IMG/VR virus record: IMGVR_UViG_3300044733_004704
Span: 67,023-131,022 of that record
Direction: 5' to 3' (one strand)
Length of the DNA stretch: 64,000 bases
From: a virus
Lineage: Duplodnaviria; Caudoviricetes
The translations under genes were made by a program, and so were the position numbers. The notes under the pieces are model-generated. The model was given only the letters and a program-made list of their open reading frames with translations. It was not told the origin of the DNA and did not search any database. Below are positions 39,561 to 50,087 of the stretch, piece after piece (within the stretch, counting starts at the first letter, position 1; every line of letters starts with the position of its first letter).

Positions 39561-39584
39561 AGTAATTAACCCTTTATGTTATAA

Positions 39585-39812
39585 TTATGGTGAGCCGCAA
39601 TCTATTTCATAGCTATCTATAAAATTTGCTAAATAATTATCTAATCCAATAACATCACTAGCATAAACTATTGTTGCTGAATATCCAGAAACTATTTCAA
39701 CGCTTCTGTCGCTACTAGTTTCAATTTCTAAATTATTTAATATGTTCCCAACAGTGGTTTCAATTTCCACTATATTTTTAGTGTCAAAAATTTCTATAGT
39801 AAAATCGCTCAA
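39585..39812 (-). CDS. hypothetical virion protein
   Basis: C-term IDCGSP echoes the IDGGSP end of the adjacent fibre. Confidence 0.5.
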   Translation of the reverse strand: MSDFTIEIFDTKNIVEIETTVGNILNNLEIETSSDRSVEIVSGYSATIVYASDVIGLDNYLANFIDSYEIDCGSP

Positions 39813-40213
39813 GTGTCACACTCCAATAACGAAGATGATTGACTAAATCGTTTAACAATATTAATTGTGCCGTATATTAATCGTATAATATATTTACCAC
39901 CGCCAACATATAAATCGTCATCGCTTTGTAATTCCAAATCATATTTTGCAGCATTAAACGTGAAACTATTGGTGGTGCTAGCCGGTATCATAAGGGTTAT
40001 TTTACCAATTAATGGCTCTATACTAAATTTATATACACTATAATCTATATTCTCTGTGCTAAAAGTTTGAGTAAGATTAGTGTTAGTTTTCCATGTTAAT
40101 CGCGCACACCAATTTGTAAGATCAATAGGATTTCCATTATCATCTTTATAAACCAAACTTAGCTTAAAAGAACTTCCTTGTTCTATACTAAAATCGTATT
40201 TTGATGCGGCCAT
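39809..40213 (-). CDS. virion Ig-like (BppU-N-like) protein
   Basis: YDFSIEQGSSF...PIDLTNW...YDLEL; paralogous to the N-terminus of 29765..30763. Confidence 0.6.
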   Translation of the reverse strand: MAASKYDFSIEQGSSFKLSLVYKDDNGNPIDLTNWCARLTWKTNTNLTQTFSTENIDYSVYKFSIEPLIGKITLMIPASTTNSFTFNAAKYDLELQSDDDLYVGGGKYIIRLIYGTINIVKRFSQSSSLLECDT

Positions 40214-40274
40214 TAAGGATTTTCCTTATGGTAATTATGCTAGAATAATGATAAAATTATTATACACCATAAAG

Positions 40275-41975
40275 CTATTTTAGCTTTAATAGGTATTTTG
40301 CTTGGCCACAATCATAAATCTTAAAAAGATCGTTGTTATATCCACTATTACCGGGAAATTTTAGTCTATGAAAAGTTTGGAATCCATCCGTCCATCTGAA
40401 ACTAGGATAAATATGAATATAATCAAAACCTAAATTTTTTAAATAATGACCTCTACCATATCTCTTGTCTATAAAAGTCATAATAGTATCGGGTTGTTTA
40501 TCTTTAATCGCGAAGTTTAATAGTTTACTAAAAGCACCAGTTATGCTATAAAATTTACTATTACAAAATCGACTAATTTCATAATCATTATTTTTATTTC
40601 TTTTGAGTCTCAGGGCTGCTACTATCTCGTCCTTAAAGCTTAAAACATATGTTGTTCCACGGCCCTTTCCCATTAAATGATTGGTTTCAAAATAAACATC
40701 AGACTCTTTATCATTGATTTTATCTAAATCACACTTTCTTGCAAATACCTTATTTGATCTCCCCAGTCTGTTCAATACCATGCTTTTAACAATCTCAAAT
40801 TTATCTCTGATTTCATCCTCTCTAAAAAACAAACTATCATAATTAGTATTTTCATAGGATATTTTTTTATTTATGTGATAATCGTCATCTCTACAGTTAT
40901 CGCTATGCCAGTATAGTCCATCTACTTCTACGATTAAATTATCTATTATAAAATCAGGAATATAAGTTTTATCATTAATATTTAATCTAGTATGAATCTT
41001 ATAATTTAATTCACTCTCATCTAAAAAGCTTTTAAATCTTAGTTCTAAACTTGAGTAACTATCTGTTCTATACATATTTTTGGCAACATCGAAGCCGTAC
41101 TGATTAATTAGTTGATTAAATCTACTCAAACAATAACCCGTTTTTTCTGCCCAAAAAGAAGCTCCTTTACCGTCAAATAATCTGGCGTTACCATTAATTA
41201 TCATAGTGTTTACTATTTTAGTTTTAACATCAGGATGTTGGGTAGCATGAGAGTATCCATATTTATCTAAATTAGTATTTTTGATCTTATCCTGAATTAC
41301 TGGAGACTGAGAAACATTTTCACATCCATATTTATTTAAGTTAGTAATTTTAACTCTTTGTTTCATTTCATTACTTTGCATATGATGATCTTTACCATAT
41401 TTGGTTCTCATAGTTTCTACAATTTTACTTTTAATATCATCATTAGCAAATGGATTATCGTGTCCATATTTAATTAAGTTAGTATTTTTTCTTTTCTCTA
41501 AAAATTGTTCTTTATAATTTTCTCCATATTTTTCCTTAAAAGTTTTTTCTTTCTTTTTCTGTAAATCTCCATAAGTATCGATATTTTGAAGATTTAGATA
41601 CCTTGTTAATGAGGTTTTTGGAATATTTAGTTTTTTACTAATATGAACTATGCTATAATTTTGAGCTAATAAATCCATAATACTTTCTTTATGCTGTTCT
41701 ATATTATAATCTGATAGTTTTTCTTTTACATCTTGTCTTTGAGCCGAGTTTTTAACTCCATGCTTTAATAAACTAAGCTCCTCTCTTTTCTTAAATTTAC
41801 ATTTGATACAACAATCTTTGTTTAGTTCTTTATTTTGAAGATTACGAGCTTTGTAGGATTTGTCAAATGTATTATTACAATAATCACAAATTACTACTAT
41901 CTTTTTGCTTGATCCGGAGCTAAGGGACTCTATTGAGTATCCGTATTTTTGTAGTGTTTTTGTATTTTCTAACAT
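40275..41975 (-). CDS. free-standing homing endonuclease-like protein
   Basis: CDYC/CCIKC Zn motif, K..TNL.KYG repeats, PDF...IVEVDGLYWH PD-(D/E)xK/Vsr-like core, C-terminal GNAT-like region; inserted after the capsid gene. Confidence 0.7.
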   Translation of the reverse strand: MLENTKTLQKYGYSIESLSSGSSKKIVVICDYCNNTFDKSYKARNLQNKELNKDCCIKCKFKKREELSLLKHGVKNSAQRQDVKEKLSDYNIEQHKESIMDLLAQNYSIVHISKKLNIPKTSLTRYLNLQNIDTYGDLQKKKEKTFKEKYGENYKEQFLEKRKNTNLIKYGHDNPFANDDIKSKIVETMRTKYGKDHHMQSNEMKQRVKITNLNKYGCENVSQSPVIQDKIKNTNLDKYGYSHATQHPDVKTKIVNTMIINGNARLFDGKGASFWAEKTGYCLSRFNQLINQYGFDVAKNMYRTDSYSSLELRFKSFLDESELNYKIHTRLNINDKTYIPDFIIDNLIVEVDGLYWHSDNCRDDDYHINKKISYENTNYDSLFFREDEIRDKFEIVKSMVLNRLGRSNKVFARKCDLDKINDKESDVYFETNHLMGKGRGTTYVLSFKDEIVAALRLKRNKNNDYEISRFCNSKFYSITGAFSKLLNFAIKDKQPDTIMTFIDKRYGRGHYLKNLGFDYIHIYPSFRWTDGFQTFHRLKFPGNSGYNNDLFKIYDCGQAKYLLKLK

Positions 41976-41994
41976 AGTTTCTCCTTGTTTACTT

Positions 41995-42022
41995 ATAATA
42001 AAGCAAATCCTTTGTTTGTCAA
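41995..42022 (-). promoter_or_regulatory. sigma70-type promoter of the endonuclease gene
   Basis: TTGACA-N16-TATTAT, then AAGGAG RBS. Confidence 0.65.
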
Positions 42023-42046
42023 AGCATAGGGTCCTATTGTGTATAC

Positions 42047-42074
42047 AAAATAAGGGCTGGCAGAGCCAACCCTT
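42047..42074 (-). terminator. intrinsic terminator after the major capsid gene
   Basis: AAGGGTTGGC-TCT-GCCAGCCCTT-ATTTT. Confidence 0.7.
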
Positions 42075-42100
42075 AAATTGTTAACGTGAAAAACTAGATA

Positions 42101-43111
42101 TTATAGTGAGCCAATCAATACTCTACGATTATCTAGTACAGCAAAGCCAAGTTCGGCCCAGCCGTAGAAACCTGCTCGTTTCTGACGATGTAGTGTTTCA
42201 TCTTCGAAGATTTGAACTTCTTGACGAATTGGCATAACGAAACTGTCGTTCTTGCGAAGATCAAGACCCACAACAACTTCTGTATCACTTCCTGGCATAC
42301 TAGCGCCAAGAGTTGATGTGTAGAATAGTTGATATTCTTGACCAACGCCCAATTCGTCTAGGTCATGAAGATTAACACCAAATACTCGATTAAGAGCACC
42401 ATCAGCAGCAGTGTAGATTTCTCTACGAGTAACTTCGTCAACTTGATCAACACCCCAGTTACGGATATCTTCCATAGCTTCTGGAGAAACATAAAGATCA
42501 GTTAACATACCTCTGTTATTGGAGGTCGAGTTACCACCACCATTACGTCTCATAACAGTTTTCATCAAGCTAACAAGACGCTTGGTAAACTGACTAGCGT
42601 TGGCGTCACTGTCATAAACAACAATGTTGCGATCAACACCAGCGGCCAATAGTGTGTGCCAGCCATCATCATTCATCTTCTTGACAAATGAGGCTTCTAG
42701 CACTTCCATAGCACGACCAACAACGTCCCAACGAGCATCACGAGCATACTTTAAGAGATAATCAATGCTGGCACCAACATCATATGTTGGAACCATAACA
42801 TAATCACCCTCAACATGACGCTCTGGAATATAACCGTGGTTAGGAATTGTGTAGGCCACAAAGTCCTTCTCGGTACCAGGAGCTAAGAAATCAAGAGGAA
42901 ACTCTGGTGTGGCACTTTGATCAAGACGAATTGGTTCAAAGATACCATCAAGAACATCACCATTAAGAACGCCCTGACGAAGAGGTAGTTCTAGGGCTTT
43001 TGCAAATTCGGCATTAGCTGCTAAAGCAACCTCTCGTTGAGCTGATCCAGAACGCTTTAGTAAATCACTAAGTTCTGGAGTTGGTTGAAATTTTTCAGTT
43101 TTGGCTGACAT
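42101..43111 (-). CDS. major capsid protein (HK97 fold)
   Basis: 336 aa; order portal-protease/scaffold-decoration-capsid; C-term QKRAGFYGWAELGFAVLDNRRV; terminator follows. Confidence 0.85.
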   Translation of the reverse strand: MSAKTEKFQPTPELSDLLKRSGSAQREVALAANAEFAKALELPLRQGVLNGDVLDGIFEPIRLDQSATPEFPLDFLAPGTEKDFVAYTIPNHGYIPERHVEGDYVMVPTYDVGASIDYLLKYARDARWDVVGRAMEVLEASFVKKMNDDGWHTLLAAGVDRNIVVYDSDANASQFTKRLVSLMKTVMRRNGGGNSTSNNRGMLTDLYVSPEAMEDIRNWGVDQVDEVTRREIYTAADGALNRVFGVNLHDLDELGVGQEYQLFYTSTLGASMPGSDTEVVVGLDLRKNDSFVMPIRQEVQIFEDETLHRQKRAGFYGWAELGFAVLDNRRVLIGSL

Positions 43112-43134
43112 ATTTATTTCTCCGTGTATGAAAA

Positions 43135-43593
43135 TTATAGGTTAACTGATACTTTAGCATAGCCGTCAGTGTCTTTGCCGCTTAAGAACTGACCAACTTT
43201 AACAGCATTGGTACTACTTGTACCGATCAAGCCACTAGCACCAACATAAGCATCTGTTCCAGCGGATGGAGTGATGCCAGCAACTAACATATTTGTTGTA
43301 ACTTGGCCGTTACGCAATAGTGTTACTTTGCCACCGACCTGAACCTCGTCTTTGTGCCAATTGATGTGTTGGCGAGTAAGATCAAGATTCACAACATCAT
43401 TAAGTAGAACGCCTACTGGCTTCGCACCAGATGCCACAGCGGCGTAAGCAACAACAGCATTGGCATCATCCATAGATACGCCAACACCAGTTGTTAAAGT
43501 TACAGCGCTAACAACACCACCGCGCTCTGCTGTAGTAGCCATGAAAAAAGAGATATCTGTTAATAATTCGATACGATCAGGTTTTAGAGCCAT
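43135..43593 (-). CDS. head decoration/cement protein
   Basis: 152 aa, Gly/Val-rich, between scaffold and capsid genes. Confidence 0.7.
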   Translation of the reverse strand: MALKPDRIELLTDISFFMATTAERGGVVSAVTLTTGVGVSMDDANAVVAYAAVASGAKPVGVLLNDVVNLDLTRQHINWHKDEVQVGGKVTLLRNGQVTTNMLVAGITPSAGTDAYVGASGLIGTSSTNAVKVGQFLSGKDTDGYAKVSVNL

Positions 43594-43615
43594 TTTTAGT
43601 TCTCCGTATAAGAAT

Positions 43616-45211
43616 TTACTTGGATTTTTTGCCTAACTTACTGTAAACAAACTCAACAAGAGCTGCACGAGTGGTATTTTCTTCTTCTTCAGAAGAATCT
43701 GAGCCAACTGTTAAATCAATAGCGCTTTCTGTTTCAACATTATCTAGATCAGAAGCACTTACTTTGGGTTCAACAACCTCTTCTGCTTCTGCAACTTCTT
43801 CTGCTTTCATTTTCATTTTCATAGCGTCTTCTTTTTTCATCTTCATAGCAGCAAAAAGAGTTGCCATAGCATCAAATGCTTCGTCTTCGATATTTTCATA
43901 TTTTTCAACAAAAGCCAGAGCAGCATCTTCTTCGACGCCATTATCTACAAGGGCAGCTTTTCTTTTGGTCATTTTTTCTTTCTTGACCATTTCTGCTTCT
44001 TTTGTTTTATAAGCAGCGACTGTTTCGTTGGCGCTATCAAGTTCTGCTTTCATTTTCTTCATTTCTTCTTCTTTTTTCTTCATCTCTTCATTTTTCATTG
44101 CAATAGCTTCTGAAAGTTCTGAGATTTGTGCTTCTAATGAAGTTTTGAGTGCTAAAAGCTCTTCTGAAGCAGAAGCTTTGACTTCTTCGATTTCTTTTTT
44201 CATAGCAGTTTCTCTTTCTGTGAATTCGTTAGTTTGGGTTTGTAATTGAGATTCTAGTGCAATATTTTTTTCGGTTAATGAATTAACAGATGCGTTAGCT
44301 TCAGCTACAGCCTCTTGACAAGAAGTTTCCATAGCCACCAATTTGTTTTTGATTTCAGTTACATCTTGTTCTACACTCATTGTATTATTCTCCATTTGAT
44401 TATTCAATCGAATACTTATTACACCTAAATTTTCATTTTCGTTATTTTTTTCTTGAAGATTATCAATTTTTTTATTTTCTTCAAAAAGATTCTTATTAAA
44501 AATTATACTATCTTCGTTTGCTGGTTTGTCAACAAATCCTTTACCAGTAAAGGTAATATTTCTTAAAACTCTACCAATTTTATAATCATTATTTTCGCCT
44601 TTACCGCCATATGCTCTAAGATATTTTGTTAAATAAGCTGTCTCATCGCTTCTGCTCAATACTTTATATTCATTAGTTTGTTTATTAACTACCCCATAAT
44701 CAAAACCTTTAAAAAAGCATTCCATACTAACAAACTTAGTACCATTTTGAATTTCACTAATTAATTTTTCTGATCTCTCTCTAAGTTCGGAAGTACTAAA
44801 TCCCTTGTATATAACAGAGCCTGTAAGGATGTGGAACTTATTTGGTAAATTTTCTACCGGGGTTTCTGGATCTATTAATAGCCCATCCTCGGTGATAGGC
44901 CAATTTGATATTATATGACCAACAATTAAACTTTCGTTGTGCTCTAGATTTGTGGGTTTGTGTTCTGGAGTATGTTTAGCGTTCCATACCTCGTACTTAT
45001 CAAATACATCATCATTTTTATTCCATGATGAAGTTACTAGAATAGATTGAACATAAAAAAGATCACTATCATCGTAGGATGCTAAACTTTTAAATGATTT
45101 AGATGATAATCTGAGAGAGCATGGCTCTGCAACACTAGCATAAGCAATAGAAGACGAGGCTAATATTTTTGATGTTAAGCCATCTTCTTGTTCTTGTGGA
45201 TATATTATCAT
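43616..45211 (-). CDS. prohead protease-scaffold fusion
   Basis: N-term WNKNDDVF..KPTNLEH..IVGH..VSMEC..FTGKGFVDKPAN protease-like domain; C-term acidic coiled coil. Confidence 0.75.
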   Translation of the reverse strand: MIIYPQEQEDGLTSKILASSSIAYASVAEPCSLRLSSKSFKSLASYDDSDLFYVQSILVTSSWNKNDDVFDKYEVWNAKHTPEHKPTNLEHNESLIVGHIISNWPITEDGLLIDPETPVENLPNKFHILTGSVIYKGFSTSELRERSEKLISEIQNGTKFVSMECFFKGFDYGVVNKQTNEYKVLSRSDETAYLTKYLRAYGGKGENNDYKIGRVLRNITFTGKGFVDKPANEDSIIFNKNLFEENKKIDNLQEKNNENENLGVISIRLNNQMENNTMSVEQDVTEIKNKLVAMETSCQEAVAEANASVNSLTEKNIALESQLQTQTNEFTERETAMKKEIEEVKASASEELLALKTSLEAQISELSEAIAMKNEEMKKKEEEMKKMKAELDSANETVAAYKTKEAEMVKKEKMTKRKAALVDNGVEEDAALAFVEKYENIEDEAFDAMATLFAAMKMKKEDAMKMKMKAEEVAEAEEVVEPKVSASDLDNVETESAIDLTVGSDSSEEEENTTRAALVEFVYSKLGKKSK

Positions 45212-45238
45212 TATAAACCTTTCAAAAAGATTTGATTA

Positions 45239-47440
45239 TTATTTTGTACTATACACCATTGTGTAAAAAGATGATTTGGCTTGTTTAATTTCATCAACCG
45301 TTAATTCTCTGGATAGTTCTAGCTTAACCAAATTTAACCAATTATAAAAAGTTTTAGTGTCATTACTAGTTGATGCTGATAAATATTCTGTTATATTATC
45401 TTCATTAAGTTTAGCAAAAGGTTGTGTTTGAAAAAGAATGTTCGTTTTGATTTTCTCTAATTCTTCATTTTCAGCATTAGATAAACTTCTTAAATTTTTC
45501 TTATCAAAATATTCTAAAATTAATGGATTAATTATAGAACTAATCTTATCTTGTGCAGAAGATGACCATATTAGGAGTTTAGCGCCGGTTTGGGGCGAAA
45601 ATGTTCTGTCTTTTCTTTTTTCAGTATCTTTTGAAAGTTTGGGTCTGCCTTCGCCTGCTTCTTTCGGCAACGATTCCGAGGACGGATCGTTAGCCACCTT
45701 GGGTGCTCCAAAAGGAGACTTTACTTGTTCTGCTTTTTGTTCTAATGCTGTTTTTTCGCTTGGTTTTTTCTTTGGTAAATCTAATCCTACTTGACTTGGT
45801 GTTACAATTCCTAGTTGTAAAGATATTTTCTTAAGAGCGTTTTCAAATTGAGGATCATGCCACGGACCAGCTTTTTGTACCATTCTTTCGGAATCTCTTT
45901 CTTTTCTTTCTCTATTAAGTCTTGATTTTTCCATATCTGGATCGAAACCAAATTTGGTCTGCAATAACTCATCACTAATAAGACTTCTATCTGCTAGTTG
46001 TATTAATAGTGCCTTCTCTGCGTCTTCGTTACTTAGATCCATTCTATCAAATTCTATTTTAGCCGGATACCTAAAACCCATAGCTTTTTGTACAATTTCT
46101 ATTTCGCCTTCCCAAAATTTAACCAACATATCTCTACCATATTGTAGTCTTTGTGTTAAGGTTTTTAGACTAATAAAATTATTAGTAGTTCCTGCTGCTC
46201 CGAATGTGCCAGTAAGTGTTGGAGGAATTCCCAAACCAGCATAGATAGCATTTAAATGAGGAGTATATTTACCTTCTCCAAGAAAATTATGAACATTAGT
46301 ATTACTTTCTAACAATTCAATATCTGGACCCCAAACCAAATCCATTGTACCACCACCAACATTGTTTCCTAAAATTTGTGCTAGTTTGGCTGTTGCTGCT
46401 TTTGTTGGAGCAATTTTATGTTCTAAATTACCTAATTTGAAAATTCTAATATTACTTATAGCGCCATCTAAAGCAGCCATATCTGCTAATTTTAATTTCT
46501 CAATAACAGTAATATCATCCATAATAGCATATATCATAGGATATGCCCATGCTTGCCAATCGTCTTTTTTGTAATGAAAAACTAATGTCTTTTCAGGATC
46601 CAATGGATATGGTCTTTTAGTTTTAGCTGCTAATACTATTGCTTCTGGAAGAAGAGATACTACTTGTTTTTCTGCTTCTGTTTTTGGATTATTAATATTT
46701 TTTCTAAAAGTAGCTGGTAAAACTAATTCATATCTTTTTTCACTAACAAATGAAGACAAAGACCCGGCAGCACTCTCAACATAAACTGGGTCTATAAAAG
46801 TATATCTCCAAGGAATTTCTTTTTTTTCTATCTTAAATTGATCCATCTGCTTGACGTTAAGATCAGGAGATCCAATAGCTTTATATAGATTATCAGTAAC
46901 TTTTAATGATATTTTGGCTGTTTGTTTATGAATAACAATATTGCCTGTTTTGTATAGATTGTTTAAAAATCTTTCGCTACGATCTTTGCCATTAATTTTT
47001 TTGAACCACTGTCTATAAAATCTTTCTATTCTTTTATTTTTATGAACTAATTTAATACCATGTACAGCAAAATCGCCCATAAGATCGATAACATTTTTTA
47101 CCAAACCAACACGATGATAAATATCTTCTGCTCTTCGGATAACTAGTTTAATCCTTTTAGGAACAGCTTCGTCTGGTCTAAAAGCATAGTAGTCATTACG
47201 GGTTAATCCTGGACGGCCACCAGTATCACCATCTAAATTAGAAAAATCTATACTATATCTTCTACCACCGCCAAAAGCTGCTGTAGAATTTTGAATTCCT
47301 GTAAACTCATCTAGAGATTCTGATGATCTTTTAAGAGCATCTTGTTTGCTAGATAAATCCTCTCCCCATGTGACATAAGCATCCTCTCCTATAGATGATG
47401 CATTTTTAATAACGTCTTCTTTATTTGGTTTTCTGGGCAT
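45239..47440 (-). CDS. portal protein
   Basis: 733 aa directly after terminase; LVKNVIDLMGDF, GLGIPPTL motifs. Confidence 0.8.
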   Translation of the reverse strand: MPRKPNKEDVIKNASSIGEDAYVTWGEDLSSKQDALKRSSESLDEFTGIQNSTAAFGGGRRYSIDFSNLDGDTGGRPGLTRNDYYAFRPDEAVPKRIKLVIRRAEDIYHRVGLVKNVIDLMGDFAVHGIKLVHKNKRIERFYRQWFKKINGKDRSERFLNNLYKTGNIVIHKQTAKISLKVTDNLYKAIGSPDLNVKQMDQFKIEKKEIPWRYTFIDPVYVESAAGSLSSFVSEKRYELVLPATFRKNINNPKTEAEKQVVSLLPEAIVLAAKTKRPYPLDPEKTLVFHYKKDDWQAWAYPMIYAIMDDITVIEKLKLADMAALDGAISNIRIFKLGNLEHKIAPTKAATAKLAQILGNNVGGGTMDLVWGPDIELLESNTNVHNFLGEGKYTPHLNAIYAGLGIPPTLTGTFGAAGTTNNFISLKTLTQRLQYGRDMLVKFWEGEIEIVQKAMGFRYPAKIEFDRMDLSNEDAEKALLIQLADRSLISDELLQTKFGFDPDMEKSRLNRERKERDSERMVQKAGPWHDPQFENALKKISLQLGIVTPSQVGLDLPKKKPSEKTALEQKAEQVKSPFGAPKVANDPSSESLPKEAGEGRPKLSKDTEKRKDRTFSPQTGAKLLIWSSSAQDKISSIINPLILEYFDKKNLRSLSNAENEELEKIKTNILFQTQPFAKLNEDNITEYLSASTSNDTKTFYNWLNLVKLELSRELTVDEIKQAKSSFYTMVYSTK

Positions 47441-47494
47441 ATATTTATTTCTAATGTAATAGTAATGCTATTTGATTACTTTAATAATACACTT

Positions 47495-49522
47495 TTATCT
47501 ATAAATTCCTTGATAAATATCATCATCATTAACGTTTGACGTGAACCATTCTGGACCTTTGTATAACTTATTGCTTTGTTGATTAACTAGATCTTTACTA
47601 TTTCCGCCAACAATATCATAATTTGGAGACTGTAAAGTCCTATTTAATTGTCTAGCTATCATATTAGCTATTAGTAATGAGCTATATCGGTCTTTTCGTA
47701 ATCTTCCTTTTTTACCATTTGGTAATTTTACTTCCGGAGTATCCCATCTGTCTCTTGCTTGTGGACCAGTACTAGTTTGAGTCATAACTATAGTTGTTAA
47801 TTCATTTTTAAGTTCTTCTATTTCTAGTATGCATTCACTAACACTATCATACAATGGATTTAAATCGTCGTCTAAGATATTTTTTCCTTCTTTTTCCATA
47901 GCAAGACCAAGTGTAAGATTATCAAAACGTGGAAATAGTAATATTTTATCCTCTAGATCTTTTCTTAATCCATGATTAGCTTGACTTGTCCAATCTGCCT
48001 TTGCAAATTGCACTAGTTCCAGAATGTGTAGACCTTGTTGAGAATCAGTATCTTTTGCTTTGTCATAATCAATAATTGGCCATATTAGTTGTTCATTATC
48101 TTGAAGCTTACCAGGATCATGTAAAGCTTCTTCTATTGCAACACCACCTCCTTGAGCATCCATCCCTATCCTAATAGGAGGAAAGGTTTTCATAAGATCT
48201 CTAATTTTTCTAGAACAAAAACTATAAAAGTCATATTCTTGTGCTAGTCCAACCTTTTGTCTTTCTTTAAAATTATTTCTATTTGTTGCCCAACAATATA
48301 CTATTCTAGAATGATCCGGATGAACTTCTAATATTACTATGCTAAAATTATCTTGTTCACTAGCAGGGTCGATACCATAAACATAATGTAAATTAGGATT
48401 ACCTTGAGTTATAGCGTCAAAAACTACTGGCTTGTTGCCAATTGTTATTGCTGGATAATCTTTTGTAACACAACTTTCTATCAAACTTCTTCTAAAAAAT
48501 CCCTGACTGTCATTCACAAAACACGCAGCATATTCCATATTATATATACCAACATGAATAGTAGCTTTTGCTCTACTTACTTGTTTATCATCCATAAATC
48601 CTTTAGGTATTAATTCATATGGTATGCGAATAATACTATAATCTTTCCAATTAAAATTTGGTGGAATTTCTCCATTAAAAATTTCTCGTAGTTTTCTTTC
48701 TTCTCCTTTACTTTCTATAATACTTTTATATCTTTTCCAGTACTGAGCAAAATGCTTGAAACCATAGTCTGCTGTTCCGCTTATTACTGCTTGATTATTA
48801 ATTCTTCTAGAAATAGTATCTAGTTCTTCGCTCCATACTCCTGCTAATTTCATAGCTGCTTTTTTAGCTTCTTCTTTAACGTTCTGAATTGGACTGGCGC
48901 TAACAGCAGCGAAACCAGAAACCACCGTCTCATAAATATCTGGAGATATACTGCTAAACTCATCCGCTAAAATAATATGAGCGCGTAAACCTCTAATTTT
49001 ATCACCATTACCTAAAGGGATAGCAATGGCCCAACTATCTCCTAGTCTTATAGTACATCTATCAACATCTCGTCGTGGACCATCTTCATTGCCATTAAAT
49101 ATACTTCTTAAAATAGGACTATTTTTCCACATATTTTCCATATACTCAAAGATAATTTTGCTTTGTCTAAAAGCAGCGCCAACTATAACCACCTTGGTAC
49201 CTGGATAGAAAGCGCACTTTAGTACCGCATAAAGAGCCAACAAAAAGCTTTTACTAAAACCACGACTACCAATAAGCATAGGAAAAGGACGATTCCACAT
49301 TTCTTGTAGAACCATAGTCTGCATAGGGTGTAGTTCTATATTAAAAATAAGTTTACAAGTTGATCCTATGTAATAAGGATTTCTTAAAATTCTTAATAGA
49401 TGCAAGTCTGGATTTTCTATATCTTCCTTGGTCCTATGAATCATGGGATTATTAGGAATACTAAGAGCGCTTACGTCTCCTAATCCAAGCCAAGCATTAT
49501 CAAAACTTTTAAAATCAACCAT
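47495..49522 (-). CDS. terL: terminase large subunit
   Basis: Walker A-like GSRGFSKS, IRGLRAHIILADEF Walker B, YGIDPA RNase H-like nuclease, RKDRYSS. Confidence 0.92.
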   Translation of the reverse strand: MVDFKSFDNAWLGLGDVSALSIPNNPMIHRTKEDIENPDLHLLRILRNPYYIGSTCKLIFNIELHPMQTMVLQEMWNRPFPMLIGSRGFSKSFLLALYAVLKCAFYPGTKVVIVGAAFRQSKIIFEYMENMWKNSPILRSIFNGNEDGPRRDVDRCTIRLGDSWAIAIPLGNGDKIRGLRAHIILADEFSSISPDIYETVVSGFAAVSASPIQNVKEEAKKAAMKLAGVWSEELDTISRRINNQAVISGTADYGFKHFAQYWKRYKSIIESKGEERKLREIFNGEIPPNFNWKDYSIIRIPYELIPKGFMDDKQVSRAKATIHVGIYNMEYAACFVNDSQGFFRRSLIESCVTKDYPAITIGNKPVVFDAITQGNPNLHYVYGIDPASEQDNFSIVILEVHPDHSRIVYCWATNRNNFKERQKVGLAQEYDFYSFCSRKIRDLMKTFPPIRIGMDAQGGGVAIEEALHDPGKLQDNEQLIWPIIDYDKAKDTDSQQGLHILELVQFAKADWTSQANHGLRKDLEDKILLFPRFDNLTLGLAMEKEGKNILDDDLNPLYDSVSECILEIEELKNELTTIVMTQTSTGPQARDRWDTPEVKLPNGKKGRLRKDRYSSLLIANMIARQLNRTLQSPNYDIVGGNSKDLVNQQSNKLYKGPEWFTSNVNDDDIYQGIYR

Positions 49523-50087
49523 TATTTGTTTGTTTCATTAATCTTTTTGAGGTGTTTATTGCTCTTTTTACTATCATAGATGCTACAGACTCAATATATG
49601 GCAAATTTCTTTTTGAGCTTTCTTCTTTTAGCCAACCTAGTATGGTTGGTAAATTTTGTTCACACCAGTCTGATCCTTTTTCATTCATCTCTATAGCATG
49701 ATGTCTACAAGAACAATTGGGAGTGCTCTTTATTCCTAAACTACTTATCATACTTGTTAATATAGTTCCTGGGCCATTAGGAAATTCTTCTAAGGTTTTG
49801 GGAAATTTGCTTCTGAGCTTGGTCGCAGTATCGTCTTTAATACTATCGTATAATAGTTGTTCTAGCGTGGATCTATTAACGTCACCGAGCTTCTCATAAT
49901 CGATACCATTTGCAATAATGAATGAACCAGGAATATTTCTAACAGTAGCTGATACTACTTTATTGGTTGGGTTATCATGATAAGTAACGTCTAAATAATC
50001 CATAACTAATGGTGGTGGATTAATTAATTGATTATTTTGATCAGTATACGGTGGCGGATAGATAGTGACTGAATTTTCAAGTTTCAT
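49515..50087 (-). CDS. hypothetical protein, paralog of 55128..55727
   Basis: Shared PPPY.D, PGT.L..MI.SLGI, CSC..HA..MNE.G.DWCEQN motifs. Confidence 0.7.
   Translation of the reverse strand: MKLENSVTIYPPPYTDQNNQLINPPPLVMDYLDVTYHDNPTNKVVSATVRNIPGSFIIANGIDYEKLGDVNRSTLEQLLYDSIKDDTATKLRSKFPKTLEEFPNGPGTILTSMISSLGIKSTPNCSCRHHAIEMNEKGSDWCEQNLPTILGWLKEESSKRNLPYIESVASMIVKRAINTSKRLMKQTNNG

Noticed and set aside
42101-49522. Inteins or introns in terminase, portal or capsid; alternative genetic code
   Set aside because: ORFs are continuous, of normal size under code 11 and lack intein motifs.
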